DNA of 64,000 nucleotides from the NCBI RefSeq assembly GCF_009834535.1, contig NC_045696.1:38442001-38506000 (forward strand). Reading direction: 5' to 3'. This DNA comes from Camelus ferus. Its lineage: Eukaryota. This document shows positions 1 to 13,408 of this stretch, piece by piece; positions within the stretch are counted from its first letter, which is position 1, and every line of letters starts with the position of its first letter. A program made the translations under genes and the position numbers. The notes beneath the pieces are model-generated. The model saw only the letters and a program-made list of their open reading frames with translations. It searched no databases and was not told where the DNA came from.

Positions 1-231
1 CGGGCCAAGGTGAACAGATGTCACCTGGGATGGTGGAGGATAAGGAACACAATCAGACATCAAAGATGATTATTTTGAAGTATGGGACCCTGGCTAAGCT
101 GACTTAGCAGGATTCTTGCTAATATTGGACAGTGCAGAGATGATCAAGGAAGCCCAAAAGTCAGAGCCTAGTTGAGAAGAGAATTCAGGCTAAACTTGAG
201 CAGAGTTTGGTGAAGTAGAGAGTCTTTGTCA
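1..231 (-). mobile_element. ERV1-class LTR fragment (MER31/MER67-like), cut by the window edge
   Basis: The reverse complement begins TGACAAAGACTCTCTACTTCACCAAACT, resembling the recalled MER31/MER67 LTR 5' end; internal GGATTCTTGCTAA motif also present. Confidence 0.65.
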
Positions 232-3096
232 ATGTGCTGCAGCAAAACATGGCAGATTACTTCCCATTACTCTCAACTAATTGCTCCTAGGTTCTTACAC
301 ATTTAAATGTTTTGCTTTTTAAGCTATACTAAGAAACAGTGGAAATTCAAAGCCCTCACTTGTGTCAAAAAACTATTTGAAGTGATGGAGGATAACCAAA
401 TTAAATCCATCAGAACTGAAACAAGTTTATAAATTCAACTCTGCTGATGTTTAAATGATCAAAATTAGTTTATTGAAAATCAGTTCAGTAAGAGCATAAA
501 GAATAGGAAGGGCCAATGGGAGAAGATGCAGTAAAAAGCAACAGAAGTTTAGATCTAATTGAAAAACAAATAAAACAAATAAAATAATGATAAGCATAAA
601 ATAATAACACGGAAAAGTACCATTCTATAATGATCTTCATGAAAGGAATATTACATTCTATAAGTTAATCTGCCTCTAGGCCACTCTGTTGGGTTATACC
701 TATTTGATAATTAGCTTGTTAGACGTAGATATAGTCTAAACACTGAAAATATGTATATTTTTATTTAAGTATTTTTATAATTTTTCTCCTACCAGAATGT
801 TTATGTCCTCTTTGGACTCACCTAGCCATAATCGTTCAGAAAACACTTCTTGAGTATCTATTGTGTACAAGGGTACCAAGGTCAATTATGTGTTTATTGT
901 GTGCAGTAAAACTATAATGGAACTTCAGAGTCTGTGTTTGATCAAAATAAATATTACTTGGTGTCTGTCAAAGCGGAATTTATTGGTGAAATTATTTCTC
1001 TTTTTCTTGGTGTTGGGAGTGATGGTGGTGGTGGTTGTACATAGAAATTGTCACTCATTTCCTGAACCAACCTCTATTATTTTCACTCTGGAGTTATGCA
1101 GATGACTGCAATATTCTGTGTACCCTTCCTATATTCTTAACATCTCAAGTTCTTTCTATTTTCCTTCATTTGTTGTCTAGTTACCAGCTGTCAAACCAGG
1201 TTCACTATTCTTCTACATGCAGATAGGTATATCCAATTTGCTTTTATTGTAAATTGGTTTAACCGTAATTCAGATATAATATAAATTTTATAGAACCCCA
1301 TTAACATTTTTGTGTTGTTAACGTCTATGCCCTCTTTGATTATACAGGTATTTCTAATTTACTCACATTTCCTGACTCTGCCTCGAATGCCATTTTTGTC
1401 ATTTTTCCATACCAGTTAAAATATTTCTGTTACCTTAAGCAGATTTTACAGTATGATTTACAGAGTTCCCATTCACACATATCCTAATTTATCAGCTTCT
1501 TTTTGTATTGATATATAATCTCAGTAAGACAAATTCTTTATTCTCATGTCAATAGGCACATAAATTCATCTGATATTAGGAGAATATTAAGAATTATAGA
1601 TATGAATAATGCTATGACTGTGTAAAGCTTCTAATAAAACTATGCCTGTTCTAGGCAATGTGTACATTCCTAGATCTAACTGTTAAAAGTGAAGTATTTC
1701 ACTTATTCTCCCTGTGATTTGCCCTGGTTTTAACTAAGCCATCTTTTTTCCTAGGGAGATGGTCTAACATTTTCTCTGAGAGGATGTGTTGCAGCAGCAG
1801 TTTATTGTTACTATGATTATTTTATTGTAGCCATTCTTATGCCACTTAATTTACACAAAGTGATCTTTAATCATTCATTAGTTAATTCTTCCATCATTCC
1901 ATGGGGAAAAAATCAATAGTGCAGTTGATTTACACCTCTAAAAAGCCTACTACTGCAATGGCAGATTAAAGTTACTGAAGGAGAGAAAAAGAACTAGTAT
2001 TTAGAAAAGTAGTATTATGTAAATTAATTCCCAAATGTGTATTTTGCTTAATTTTTACTCATGTGTAAAGTAGGATATACAGAAGTCCTTATTATATGAC
2101 AGTAGTAGTAGTATGTATGGAGATATAAAAAATATAAATAAAAGTAGTAATACATACATAGTTTTATACAGAAACAGATGGATAGATGAATGAGAAAAGA
2201 AAGGTAGATAATACACACTTGTCAGTATCTCCAAAGAACTATATAAAAAATAGAAATAGATCAAGCCTACTTAGAATATTTCTTAGTCATAATAATGATT
2301 AATTTGAACTACAGAAATATAAATATATAATGATTGTGACACTAAATTTTTTATGTCAGTTTCCTTAGTAAAATGACAATCGAATAAAGATGAAATATTG
2401 GAAAAAATCTGTGAATTTTCATTATACATATATTTTTGCACAATATTTATTACATAAATGTGGTCCCTTCCTTTCTCCAAGTGAGAGCAGTTATGTACAC
2501 ATAACCTTATTTGCAAAAGGAAAGCTAACAATGACCCAACCAGATGCCTGGTGCTTTAAGAAATTTGCTAGCATGTTGACAGCAAACAGGTAATGGATCA
2601 GAAGAGTTCTCACTTCAGTCAAAGCACGCAATGAATATTACCCCTCCTATTGTACTGTTATTGCTAAAAATAATAAACAAGAAAGATGATATCTTGATCA
2701 AAGTGTGTGGCTGTCTGTTTATACAGTAGTATACAGGCTGTGTGTCCGCAAATCAGCCTCCAGAAGCCAACAGATTACGGTTTCTGTCATAATCTAACTG
2801 ACCTGCCATGTTAAAACTAAACTGGTATTCTTCCACCAAAGATTTTTTTTTTAAAGATCAGGCAAATTAATGTGCATAAAACCCCTAAGATAAATGATAC
2901 TAAAACAAATTTCAAACCATATGTGGAAAGTCTGTGAATGCTATTGTACTGTTCAGAGAAACTAGCCCTCACATTATTAGTTTGATACTGAAAGCAAATT
3001 ATATATATAAACAAATTTTAATTAGGTATACATTTCACTTTATAATCAGAGCCTTTGTTTTACAGAACACACATTATCCATTTTGAAATCAGTGCA

Positions 3097-3178
3097 GATA
3101 TTTATTAACTCATGAAACAAATAATTGATGGGCACTTGCCACAAGTCAGAGGCTATTTTAGGGTCTTGAGATATAGCT
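3097..3178 (-). mobile_element. L2 LINE 3' end fragment
   Basis: Degenerate reverse L2 tail: aacaaataattgatgggcacttgccacaagtcagaggcta. Confidence 0.45.
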
Positions 3179-5196
3179 ACAGTATTTTCCAAGAGAGGAA
3201 CTCATGATTTATTGAAGTGCTGTGTATCAAATGCTGTCTTTAAAGTTTTTTTCATATTCTGATTATTTGATTTTGGGAAAATTCCAAATTACAGGAGGTG
3301 GAAAGTTGTTAAATAATTCTCTCAACCTATTGTCTTTCTTAATATTTTACTGTAACCCTGTGTGAAGAAGCCCTGTGTTTGGCAAGGTAGATGGTTCCCT
3401 TTATGATGATAGTTAGGGAGTTACTAATAAGAAAACATACTAGTTTCTTGCACAAAACTGCTTTTCACCTGCTTATTTCACTGCCTGAAGTGGCGTAATG
3501 AAGAAATATCCTCTAAAATCACATACACCTTGCAGGACTTAACACATTCATTTATTATAAGTTTTATTCTACCATCTCTAAGGTGATGATTTATCAAATT
3601 ACTTTAATCTTCACCAGATGAGAATACACAGCTGAGCAAAGGGACAATTACATGTAGAGAGTGTGGGTCTGAGCAGAGCATAGTCATGCAGAGAAGTAAA
3701 TGGGTACTGAAAGTAAATTTACAGAAGAGCAATCAGTATATGCTTTCTACCCGGGCTTAGCTTGCTACTAAATTCAAGAGACATAAACTAATAAAATAGA
3801 GAAAATGTGTTTTGCCCTTGAGGAAAAGAGTATTACTCTTTGGCCATTCAAGACAACAATTTTTTTCCTCTCATTTTAGCAGCGTAGCTTTATAAAATGG
3901 CATACATGTGTATACAGTTTTAAAATAGAATATTAAGTAATGAGTCCATAGATAGTAATGGAATGGTGAAGAAAAGCTAAGTGGTGTTCTTAAAGGCTTC
4001 CAGTGATTGGTATAGGTTGAGATTTCTCTTAAAAGATGGTAGACTTGAATTGTAGAGGCACCACATCGAGTGGGCGTGAACAGCCAGCTTACTGTGACAC
4101 AGCTGTGACAGGAAAAGAGGGGTGGATAAAGTAGGGAAGTGATTTATGTTGGGCCTAGAATACTGGATTAAGCCATGTATATTTGTAGCAGTCAACTTTT
4201 GACAAAGTTGCTCAGATCTGAAGTGACAAGTTTCTTTCAGGTATTTAAAGCATTTTCAAATGAAATGAGTAATTTGGTGTAAGATAGTTTTGACTAGATT
4301 TTTCAACTATTTTTCATATCTGCTTTCTCTTCTATTTTCCTAGAAAATATTAATTTATCAGAACCCTTATTAAATATTTGTTAAGAAAATATATATTTGA
4401 CGAAACATTCAGAATGACTCTGAAGACTATAAATGCTAACACTCAACTGTTAAGAGATAGAGTTAAAATTGTTAGGAAATATCCCCATGTCTAATGCAGA
4501 TTTGCAAACATAATTATAATGTGTTTTGTAAAATATGTCTGAAAATATAGGATTAAAAATCAGACATTATTTTCTTGATGTTTTCTATTCTTATAATGGC
4601 TTAATGACATTCTCTTTTAGAACTTGTATTAAAATTGTAATATTAGTAATTGTTATTTTAACAGAACAAAAGTGATGAGATGCCATATAAATGCCTGTAC
4701 CACCTAGGAAATCAAAAAGGTCAAAAGTGTCTTCTCTAATAATGAGTTTAATTTATTCCCAAGAGGGAATTCTAAATTTTATCCTTTTAAGCTTGTCAAC
4801 ATAACTCAAGCTGTTAATTGTAGAGTAGATTAATGATACTGAGTATGTTATGTAAAATTTTATTAGCAGCTCAGAGGGTGACTTTAGAAAAGTAGCCTTA
4901 TATTTAGCCTGAAGAAAATTGCTTTTGCCTTTGTTTTCCTGAAATTAAAAAAAAATACAACATAATGCAGAAAATGACTATGGACAGATATCAGTTAAAA
5001 ACAAATGGAGAGTGATTTGATATAAGGTTTATATTTCATATGCATTATAGTTATCCAGTGTTTTCCTACTGGACAAAGCAATTTATCAAATAGCATCTTT
5101 TTCAGTATACTATTGCCAAAGCTATATATTTAGATTGTTTCTTTGGTATTTTTTCAGACAGAATTGTTCTTTGAAACTTTAATGAATAAGATAGAT

Positions 5197-5380
5197 CAGT
5201 GGTTCCTAACTCTAGATAAGTGTTATAGTCATACAGGGAGCCTTTAAAAAATACGGATATCTATGTCCCACACCAAAGAGATTCTAAGGTAATTTTAATT
5301 GATTTTGTCAGTATTTTGGGCACTGATATATTTGCAAATCTACCCAAGTGATTTGTGAGTGCTGAGAGCATTTTGAACAA
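5197..5380. mobile_element. MER5-type hAT-Charlie MITE
   Basis: Starts with TIR-like CAGTGGTTCCTAACT and contains gagcctttaaaaaatac...gagattct, typical of MER5. Confidence 0.6.
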
Positions 5381-6031
5381 TTGAGAGAAATCAACTTTCA
5401 TCTGTTCTGAAATATGAGAAAATATTTCCAAGATCTTAGTACTGGACTTGATTTCAAAACAGTTAACCAATAAAATTATGTATTATTAAAATGCTTCCTT
5501 TTAATAATACTTCTATGCATATGTTTTATGATTAAAATCTGAATAGTCAGTAAACATATCTCAAGTTAGGAAAAAATCACTGCATTATAAAAATGTATTA
5601 ATATAATTTTAGAAAGTAAAATAAAATTTATATTTACTGACTTTTCATATATTCAATTAAAAAAATCAAGAAGTAGACTATAACCAGAATAAATGAGGAA
5701 AGAAACTTCAAATAATAGTATTCAGTAAATAATTATGGCTCATTTATTTGAATTTAGAAATAGATATTTTAAAGTTTTCAACATAACTGAGCATATGAAT
5801 AAAAATTTTAAATATTTGGATTTATTATTTTATAAAATACCCATTTTAAATATTTAACCAGACATTTAAGAAAAAATTTGAGTGACATTATTGACTTTTC
5901 ACAGAGCTTAGCATTATAGCATTGTGTTTCAGATAAAAACACATATGTCAGTCATTTAATGTATGTTATCAAAATATGAATAACTAATTCATTTTAGTCT
6001 CATATGTGTTGTTTAGTTTGTTCAAAATTAC

Positions 6032-7484
6032 CTTTTTTTTTAAATTGAAATACAGCCAGTTACAATGTGTCAATCTCTGGTGTATAGCACAATGTCTCAA
6101 TCATGCCTGTTCATACATATATTCATCATATTTTTCCATTAGAGGTTATTATAAGATATTGAATGTAGTCCCCTGTGCTACACAAAAGAAACTTTTTAAA
6201 ATCTATTTTTATATATATCTTTGTAAATCTCAAACTCCCAGATTTATCCCCTTCCACACCATTTCCCCAGTAACCGTAAGATTGCTTACTAAGAGATTGT
6301 TTACTAAGTCTGTGAGTCTTGTTTCTGTTTTGTAGATGAGTTCATAGTGTCCTTTTTTTTTTTTTTTTTGGTTCCACAGTATGAGTGATATCATATGGTA
6401 TTTTTCTTTCTCTTTCTGGCTTACTTTACTTAGAATGACATTCTCCAGGTCCATCCATGTTGCTCCAAATGGCATTATTTTATTCCTTTTTATGGCAGAG
6501 TACTATTCCATTGTGTAAATATATCACAGCTACTTTATCTAGTCATCTGTTAATGGACATTTAGGTTGTTTCCATGTCTTGGCTGTTGTATATAGTGCTG
6601 CTGTGAACATTAGGTTGCATGTATCTTTTCACATTAGAGTTCCCTCCAGATATATACCCAGAAGTGGGATTGGGGATCATATGGTTAAGTCTGTTTTTTA
6701 GTTTTTTGAAGTATCTCCATACTGTTTTCCATAATGGCTGCACCAAACTATATTCTCACCAGCAGTGTAGGAGGGTTCCCTTTTCTCCACACCCTCTCCA
6801 GCATTTATCCTTTGTGGACTTTTTAATGGTGGCCATTCTGACTGATGTGAGGTGATACCTCATTGTAGTTTCGATTTGCATTTCTCTGATAATTAGTGAT
6901 ACTGAGCATTTTTTCATATGTCTATTGGCCATTTGTATGTCTTCTTTGGAGAAATGCTTGTTTAGGTCTTCTGCCCATTTTTGAATTGGGTGGTTTATTT
7001 CTTTGTTATTAAGTTGTAGGAGCTGTTTATATATTCTGGAAATTAAGCCCTTGTCAGTCTCATCATTTGCAAATATTTTCTCCCATTCCGTAGGTTGTTG
7101 TTTTGTTTTGCTTATGGTTTCCTTTGCTGTGCAAAAGCTTATGAGTTTAATTAGGTCCCATTTGTTTGTCTTTGCTCTTATTTCCATTGCCTGGGTAGAC
7201 TGCTCTAGGAGAGTGTGGCTAAGATTTATGTCAGAGAATGTTTTGCCTATATTTTCTTCTAGGAGATTTATTGTGCCTTATTTTATATTTAAGTCTTTAA
7301 GCCATTTTGGGTTTATTTTTGTGTATGGAGTGAGGGAGTATTCTAACTTCACTGATTTACATGCTGCTGTCCAGTTTTCCCAACACCACTTGCTGAAGAG
7401 ACTCTCTTTTTCTCCATTGTATATTCTTGCCTCCTTTATCGAAGATTAATTGACCATAGGTCTGTGGATTTATTTCTGGGCTCT
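6032..7484 (-). mobile_element. Camelid-type L1, 5'-truncated (ORF2 C-terminus, 3'UTR, poly-A)
   Basis: Minus-strand ORFs 6756-7187 ([16 protein letters not shown]...[15 protein letters not shown]), 6561-6746 and 6230-6475 (ATWMDLENVILS) are L1 ORF2 segments. They are broken by a stop inside the Cys-rich motif and by frameshifts. Poly-T tail at about 6033. Confidence 0.95.
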
Positions 7485-7994
7485 TTAAACAGTACACCAA
7501 AAAACAGGAAAAATAAATACTTTTGTTATTTCCTTAAAGTCAGGAGAGAGTGCAGGCAGAAAGGTAATACCTAGATGATACTTAAAAACTTGAAAAGATA
7601 CAAGTTTGAGTTATTTGGCCCATGCCTAACACCCATGGGAGTTACGGTGCCAACTTTAAAAGAATACCTGAATTCAAAACTTCACTTTTTCATGAAGTTG
7701 AGACAAATCACTTAATTTATGCAAGCATGTAAATTTTACATTCAGTTGAACTTTCTAATCTTTATTGATTATATCCCAGCACACAACCCTTATCATTTCT
7801 CTTTGAACTACCTACATCTGAAAATTTGAAAAATCATTTCTACTTCAAAATTTTTTGCTGACACACAAATAAGATAGAGTACTGAAAGTAGACACTGGTT
7901 GTTAAAAATATTTTTGAGGAAGCCCGCTCAAACCTCAATTTTTATTCATTGATTCTTAAAATCTTTAATAAATATTTTAAGGGTCTGTTAGAAC

Positions 7995-8155
7995 CATGTC
8001 TTTTAAACTTTAAAGTGCATTCAGGTCACTCAGGAATCTTGTTAAAAGTGCAGATTCTGATTAAGAATGTCTCACCTGCAACATGAGATTCTACACTGCT
8101 AGCAAGCCCCCAGTTAATGCCGATGTTCTTGATTCTTGTATCTTATCTTGAGGAT
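7995..8155. mobile_element. MER5A hAT MITE
   Basis: ggaatcttgttaaaagtgcagattctgatt...tgagattctacactgctagcaagcccccag...atgccgatg matches the MER5A core. Confidence 0.7.
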
Positions 8156-8544
8156 TGAGATATAAAAGAACTCACACTTTTGGCTGTATGGATAAGTAGA
8201 CTCTTTGTGGGAACTTCTGGACAAAATTCAACTAGATCTGGGATTAAATGCAGAAAATAAGTTTTATTGCATTCCTGGGTTTGCTACAAAGTAAAAGAAA
8301 CCTTGAAACATACACACACCTTAGAAAACTAAAAATATAGCAGGAAACTCTGAATGGTAAGCATAAAATAGTGCTGTATTGAGGCCAAAGCTGATACCAG
8401 TGCTGCTTCATGTAGGCAAAGCCTTCTTCTCTTTTGGGCCTTAGATTCTGCCATTTATTATGGTTTTTCTGCCCTCTCGTTGTTTATTCTACATTCCGTA
8501 GAGTTGGCTTTTACTTGCCAAAAACATAGGCTAGGGTTAGATAG

Positions 8545-8700
8545 CTTCGTACTTGGATAACTTATTCTCCCTTTATTTCAGTTTATAAATCTGTAAAATG
8601 GAGGTAGTAATTGAGTCTCAAAATTGAAGTTGTTTTGAGAATTGAGTGAGGTAATACATGCTCAGAACAGTGCCTGGAAAATGACAAGTGCTCAATATTG
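8545..8700 (+). mobile_element. MIR SINE
   Basis: CORE motif tcagtttataaatctgtaaaatgg and 3' part ctcagaacagtgcctgg...gtgctcaata. Confidence 0.75.
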
Positions 8701-9199
8701 TTTTCTTTAAGTCATTATGTAATGTTTTGATGTCTTTGATAGCTAGAAATTAATTTAGCAAAATCTTTATAAAGCTATATTGGGACTTACTGCTAAAAAG
8801 GAATTAAATCATTAGCCAAGTTCCAATGATTCTAGGCCTAGAAACTTGTTTTACTTACTGTCTTTCTTCATTTACATCTTAATGAGTAATTAAACACTAA
8901 CTGCATCTTATGTTTTAATGTTTATTAATAATCAAATAATTTCCTTAAAAACATGAAATAGTTACAAAATCAATTTTAAAATATTGAGTAAAGAGGTTAC
9001 AAATTGCACCATAACCATATTATCTTATGGTGGTATGTCAGAGGGTGGAGGTTTTCATTGTGTTTTGGTCCAATTCTAATACACTTTCTGGAGAAAATAG
9101 TAAGAACAACTACACATGCAGCTACCTCAAAAGCCTACTAAATATTAGATAGCAAAGTTATTCTTTGAACAGTATAAATTCACCCCAAAATAGTATGAT

Positions 9200-9440
9200 C
9201 CAGAAGTATTACAATATTATAAACATAATATTGTCATTTTCCATGGCTCAGTCAATGATTTTCCTTACTTTGTGTAATACTTGAGTATCCTTTTTTGGTC
9301 TCCCCACCAACAGTAAATGTTAGAGAATTTCCCACTTTTGTCAGCAAGGTCTCGTTTTTGTTTTAATTTAAATTTCTCTGATCAACAATGAGTTTAAGTT
9401 ATCTTCTCCTTTTTGAAATTGTTTTTCTCTATATTTTCCA
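9200..9440 (-). mobile_element. Old L1M fragment
   Basis: cccaccaacagt and ttttaatttaaatttctctgat resemble the reverse of the L1 ORF2 3' region. Confidence 0.4.
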
Positions 9441-11459
9441 TTAATATACTTTATACATGTAAAATTATTAATATGCAAAACCTTTAAAATCATATAGGTA
9501 TATAAGATTTATAATTTAAAAACTAGTTCCTATGCACCCCCACTTTTTTCTTATCCCATTACCCAGGGGCAATCTGTGTTCTGGTTTTTCGCTATTATTT
9601 TCAGTTTTTTAATCTGTATGTATCTAAATAAAAAAGCATATACTACAATCTCAATTTTAGAAAATGTCTAGTATGATAGATTAACATTTTTAACTAGCTT
9701 CATTTTCCCTTCTCAGATGTTGCTAAATCCATATGCAAGATTTTGTTATTATGACTCTGTAAATAGTTGTTCACTACTGGGCCCTATAATATACAAGGAC
9801 ATAAACTTTTCTTCTGTAACGTTTTTATCCTGGAATTAATAATCTCCTCATATCTTTCTTAATGTGCATAATTTTCTTTAAACATGAAAGTAAGTTGATC
9901 TATATATCCTATGCTCTATAGTTTAATAAAATTTTTCATACAGTTAAGTAGCTCAAATATTATATCTCCTCTCTTTTCCCCTGTGCACTTTTCTTCTTCT
10001 GTCTGTTTCACCATTGCCCTGAGACTTCCTTTTGCTCATTCTTGGACTTCCTTTGCCTTATTTCTCTGCTGAATTCCTGTTTTTAGACCTTATGTCTAAT
10101 TTTCCCATATTAATGCTCTTTTGTTTTTCTGTACTACGTCTTCTCAAAGCTTCTTGAACTCTTCAGAAAAAGGGTAAAAAACATAAGTGTTTATAGGCTT
10201 TGCATATAATGTCTATGTATACACAGAATTCAAAATTGACTAGGGAATAAAAGGTCATTTTAACTTCATATTAAGCTTATTTTTCCTTAAATTTATTTTA
10301 CTTTGAAAATGTATTATGCATTATAAATAAAATCAAACAATACAAACAAATGTACAATGAAATATAACCATCTTTCCTACTTTAAATTTTTAATACATAA
10401 GGAAACTTACTTTAATTCTTTTACATCTGTTTTCCCCACCTAGTATATCTTGGAGGTCCTTGTCAGTATACAAGATGTAACCCTGATTGTACAGTATCTT
10501 TATACAAGGCTGTTGTCCAGAAACTCTCAGATAAAATTATGATTAGTACTTTCTAGATGTTCTGTGCCTACCAATTTGATTTTCTACTTGATCCAAATGG
10601 GTTTTATTTTTTGGCATTTTAAATGGGAGTGTTTTTAATATTCAAAAATGTTGGGTTGCCTGTTTTCCTTGCATATGGCTTTTTCTTTATCTGTTTTTAT
10701 TTCTCTTGATTTTCTTAAATCTAATTTTAAGATAGTTTATTTAGCTTTAGGAAATGACAACAGTAAAGAAAACATTTCAATGCATTGTACTAATGTCCTA
10801 TTCTGTGGTTATGTTGCCACTTGCTGTTTTTATAAAGGGACATTTTTCAAAAATCGTTTGTAATTAGAAGAATTTGGCAATTCCCAATCAGTCTTGGAAG
10901 TCTACTATATAGGTGTTTTATTTTGTATCAAACCACCTTTATTGAAGGATTCACTTTTTAAACATGAAGATTGGTTTTTTGTCAGCTGAAATAAATCCTG
11001 CAAAGTGATTTTGTATTTTTACAACGGAATGTTTTACGTGCAAACTGTAGTTTAAAAGAGAATAGTAAAATACATCATAAGATGAGTCGAGCACTTTCCA
11101 ACAATTCCAGGAATGTGTTGGTTGTAAAATTCTTGTTGTCTGCTTTTACCAAGTGTAAAGATTTCTGGTACACTTTGGTGAATTTTTATGCATTGTGATC
11201 TACCTTTAATGGGAACTTTTTTGCTTTGGTTATTTGAAGCATTGCTGTGGAGTACATAATAGAACATTGTGTTAAAATAGTGACATCTCAAAAATTACCC
11301 ATTATTAGTTTTTCCCACAAATTTATGCTTCATATTTTTAAATTGATTAATTTTCATGTATTAGCAAATCTTTCCCGAAACATTTAGTTCAAAATACAAT
11401 GCTTTGTATATTGTTTGCTCCTTTATTTTCTAGAATAATGTACCTATATTAATTGACCT

Positions 11460-12838
11460 ATCTGTAGCTTTGGTACTCTTGACCTTTCTCTGCTTAATGA
11501 ATCTCTGTCCTTGAATATTGAACCTCCATCCTACTTTCTGTGATAAAATTTTCTTGGTTTCACTCTACTCTTGCTTGCCATTCTTTCTTCGTATCCATTG
11601 CTGGCTAGTCTATCTCCACCCATGCATTAAATGTGGGTGTTTTCTGAGAGTTCCACAACATCCTTCTTTCTCATTCTATATGCTGCTAGCAGATATCATG
11701 TAGTTTTATTATTTCCAATACTATCTATATGGTAATGTCTCCCAAACTGTATTCCCAACTCATCTCTCTCCTTAGCTTCATTTCCAATAATCGCTAGCCT
11801 TTTGGGCATCTCTACATTATGTCCTCAAACTCAGGCATCTTAAATCCAGGCTGTTCAAAACTGAAATATTTTCACATCTCCCTACCCTCTCACTTTTTGT
11901 CTCTAATATTACCTGTGGTAGGCAACTCACATCAGTAGGTACCTTATCAACTAAGTAGAAATTCAGAAGTGATACTCTCCTTTTATTCTTTTCTTTTCCG
12001 TGTTGAATTATATTCATGTCCTGTAGATTCTACCTCTCTTTAAAAACTCTTCTCCATTTCTAGTTCATAACCATAGTTCATGGTTTGTCTTGATTATACT
12101 AACAGTTTTCTCCTTAATTATTTTCTGCTTCTAGTTGTTTCTCCCTCCAGTTCACTCTCCACACTGCTTCTAGAATGTTCTTTCTAATATGCAAAGTTTA
12201 AAAAGGAAATAAGAAGAAGAAATACTTCAAGTGATGTAAGTTGTTCTTTTGATAAAAATAAGTCAATATATTTAAAAATGCAAATCTCATTTGTTATGCT
12301 TTTGCTTAAATCAATAGAGAAAATAATCCTCTCCTAACTTCCCATCCTCATTTCAAAAAAATCCAGAAGGCATTTTTAAAGCATACTGCCATCACAGGCT
12401 CCTGCACACTAAAGCTTTTGGTTCCTTTGCCTAAGTCCCTTTTTGCCCACCTCTTCCCCTGGCAAAACTCAACTCATTCTATAAAACTTACCTCAGATAT
12501 TACCTCTTCTGCCTGAGTAGATATATTTTACACCTCTGTCTAATAGAGTGAAGTGCGCATAATATTTATAAAGTTAACAATATGTATTTGAACACATTCA
12601 ATTATTTTGCAGTCATGGGTATCTACCTTTGTGGGCTTTATGGTCTTTGACATTAACTCCCACCCAGTCTATTACTCTTTCTCTGATAATTTTATGTTCA
12701 CTTTACTTTTCCCTTTCTTGACCCTGTCCTCAGTGAGGAAAGAAATTGCATCTTTTCTTTCTGTGTTTCCTCTGAAAAGCACAATACTGGGCACAAAGTA
12801 AACATTCAAAAAATGTTTATCAATTTAATGAATGAATC
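11460..12838 (+). mobile_element. L2 LINE (degraded RT region through 3' tail)
   Basis: ttaaatgtgggtgtt (GVPQG relic) and tatctatatggtaatgtctcccaa (YADDSQ relic), pyrimidine-rich body, and tail ...gggcacaaagtaaacattc...aatgaatgaat. Confidence 0.75.
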
Positions 12839-13035
12839 TCATTCTTATTACTTTACTTGTAAAATGCTCTTTCACTAGTAAATAAAATTTTACCAGGTCT
12901 TTCTGGACAACTTCCTCCTTCTTAGTAATGAAACAAATTTACATTATGTATGTATGTGATTAGTTAGGCAACAGTTACACATAAGCAAAACTATACAAAC
13001 ATGCATCAGATTTATAGGACTAAAAGCAATTATAT

Positions 13036-13408
13036 AAACCAAGACTGGGGACATTCTACAGGATATCTGCCAGTATATCCTAAGACTGTCAAGGTTATGA
13101 AAGTCAAGGAAAGAAAGAGAAACTGTCAGAGACCAGGGTGACATAACCACCAAATGCAATGTGGCACCCATGATTGGATCCTGGTAAAGAAACTAGAAAA
13201 CTGGTAGAATCCATATAAAGTCTGGAATTTGGTTAATAGTAATGTGCTAATGTCAGGTTATTAGTTTTGACAAATGTATTATGATAATATAAGATGTTAA
13301 CAATGTGAGAAACTGAGTGAGGGTATATGAGAACTTAGTTTCCATACTATCTTTGCAGTTTTTCTGTAAATCTAAAATTATTTCATAATAAAAAGTTTAT
13401 TTTCAAAA
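13036..13408 (+). mobile_element. L1MC4/L1MC5-like 3' end
   Basis: gacattctacagga...aaatgcaatgtgg...tggatcctgg...tactatctttgcagtttttctgtaaatctaaaattattt is typical of the L1MC 3'UTR. Confidence 0.75.

Noticed and set aside
4664..4719. Possible small exon after ttattttaacag (NKSDEMPYKCLYHLGNQK)
   Set aside because: The donor (gtcaaa) is poor and the peptide is unrecognised.
7003..7449. 148-aa plus-strand ORF (also 6619-6855, 59711-59989 and 52718-53056)
   Set aside because: These are antisense frames of L1 sequence, not host genes.
11221..11270. miR-9-like sequence (CTTTGGTTAT...TGTGGAGT)
   Set aside because: Only 10 nt match the mature miRNA and there is no complementary 3' arm, so no precursor hairpin forms.
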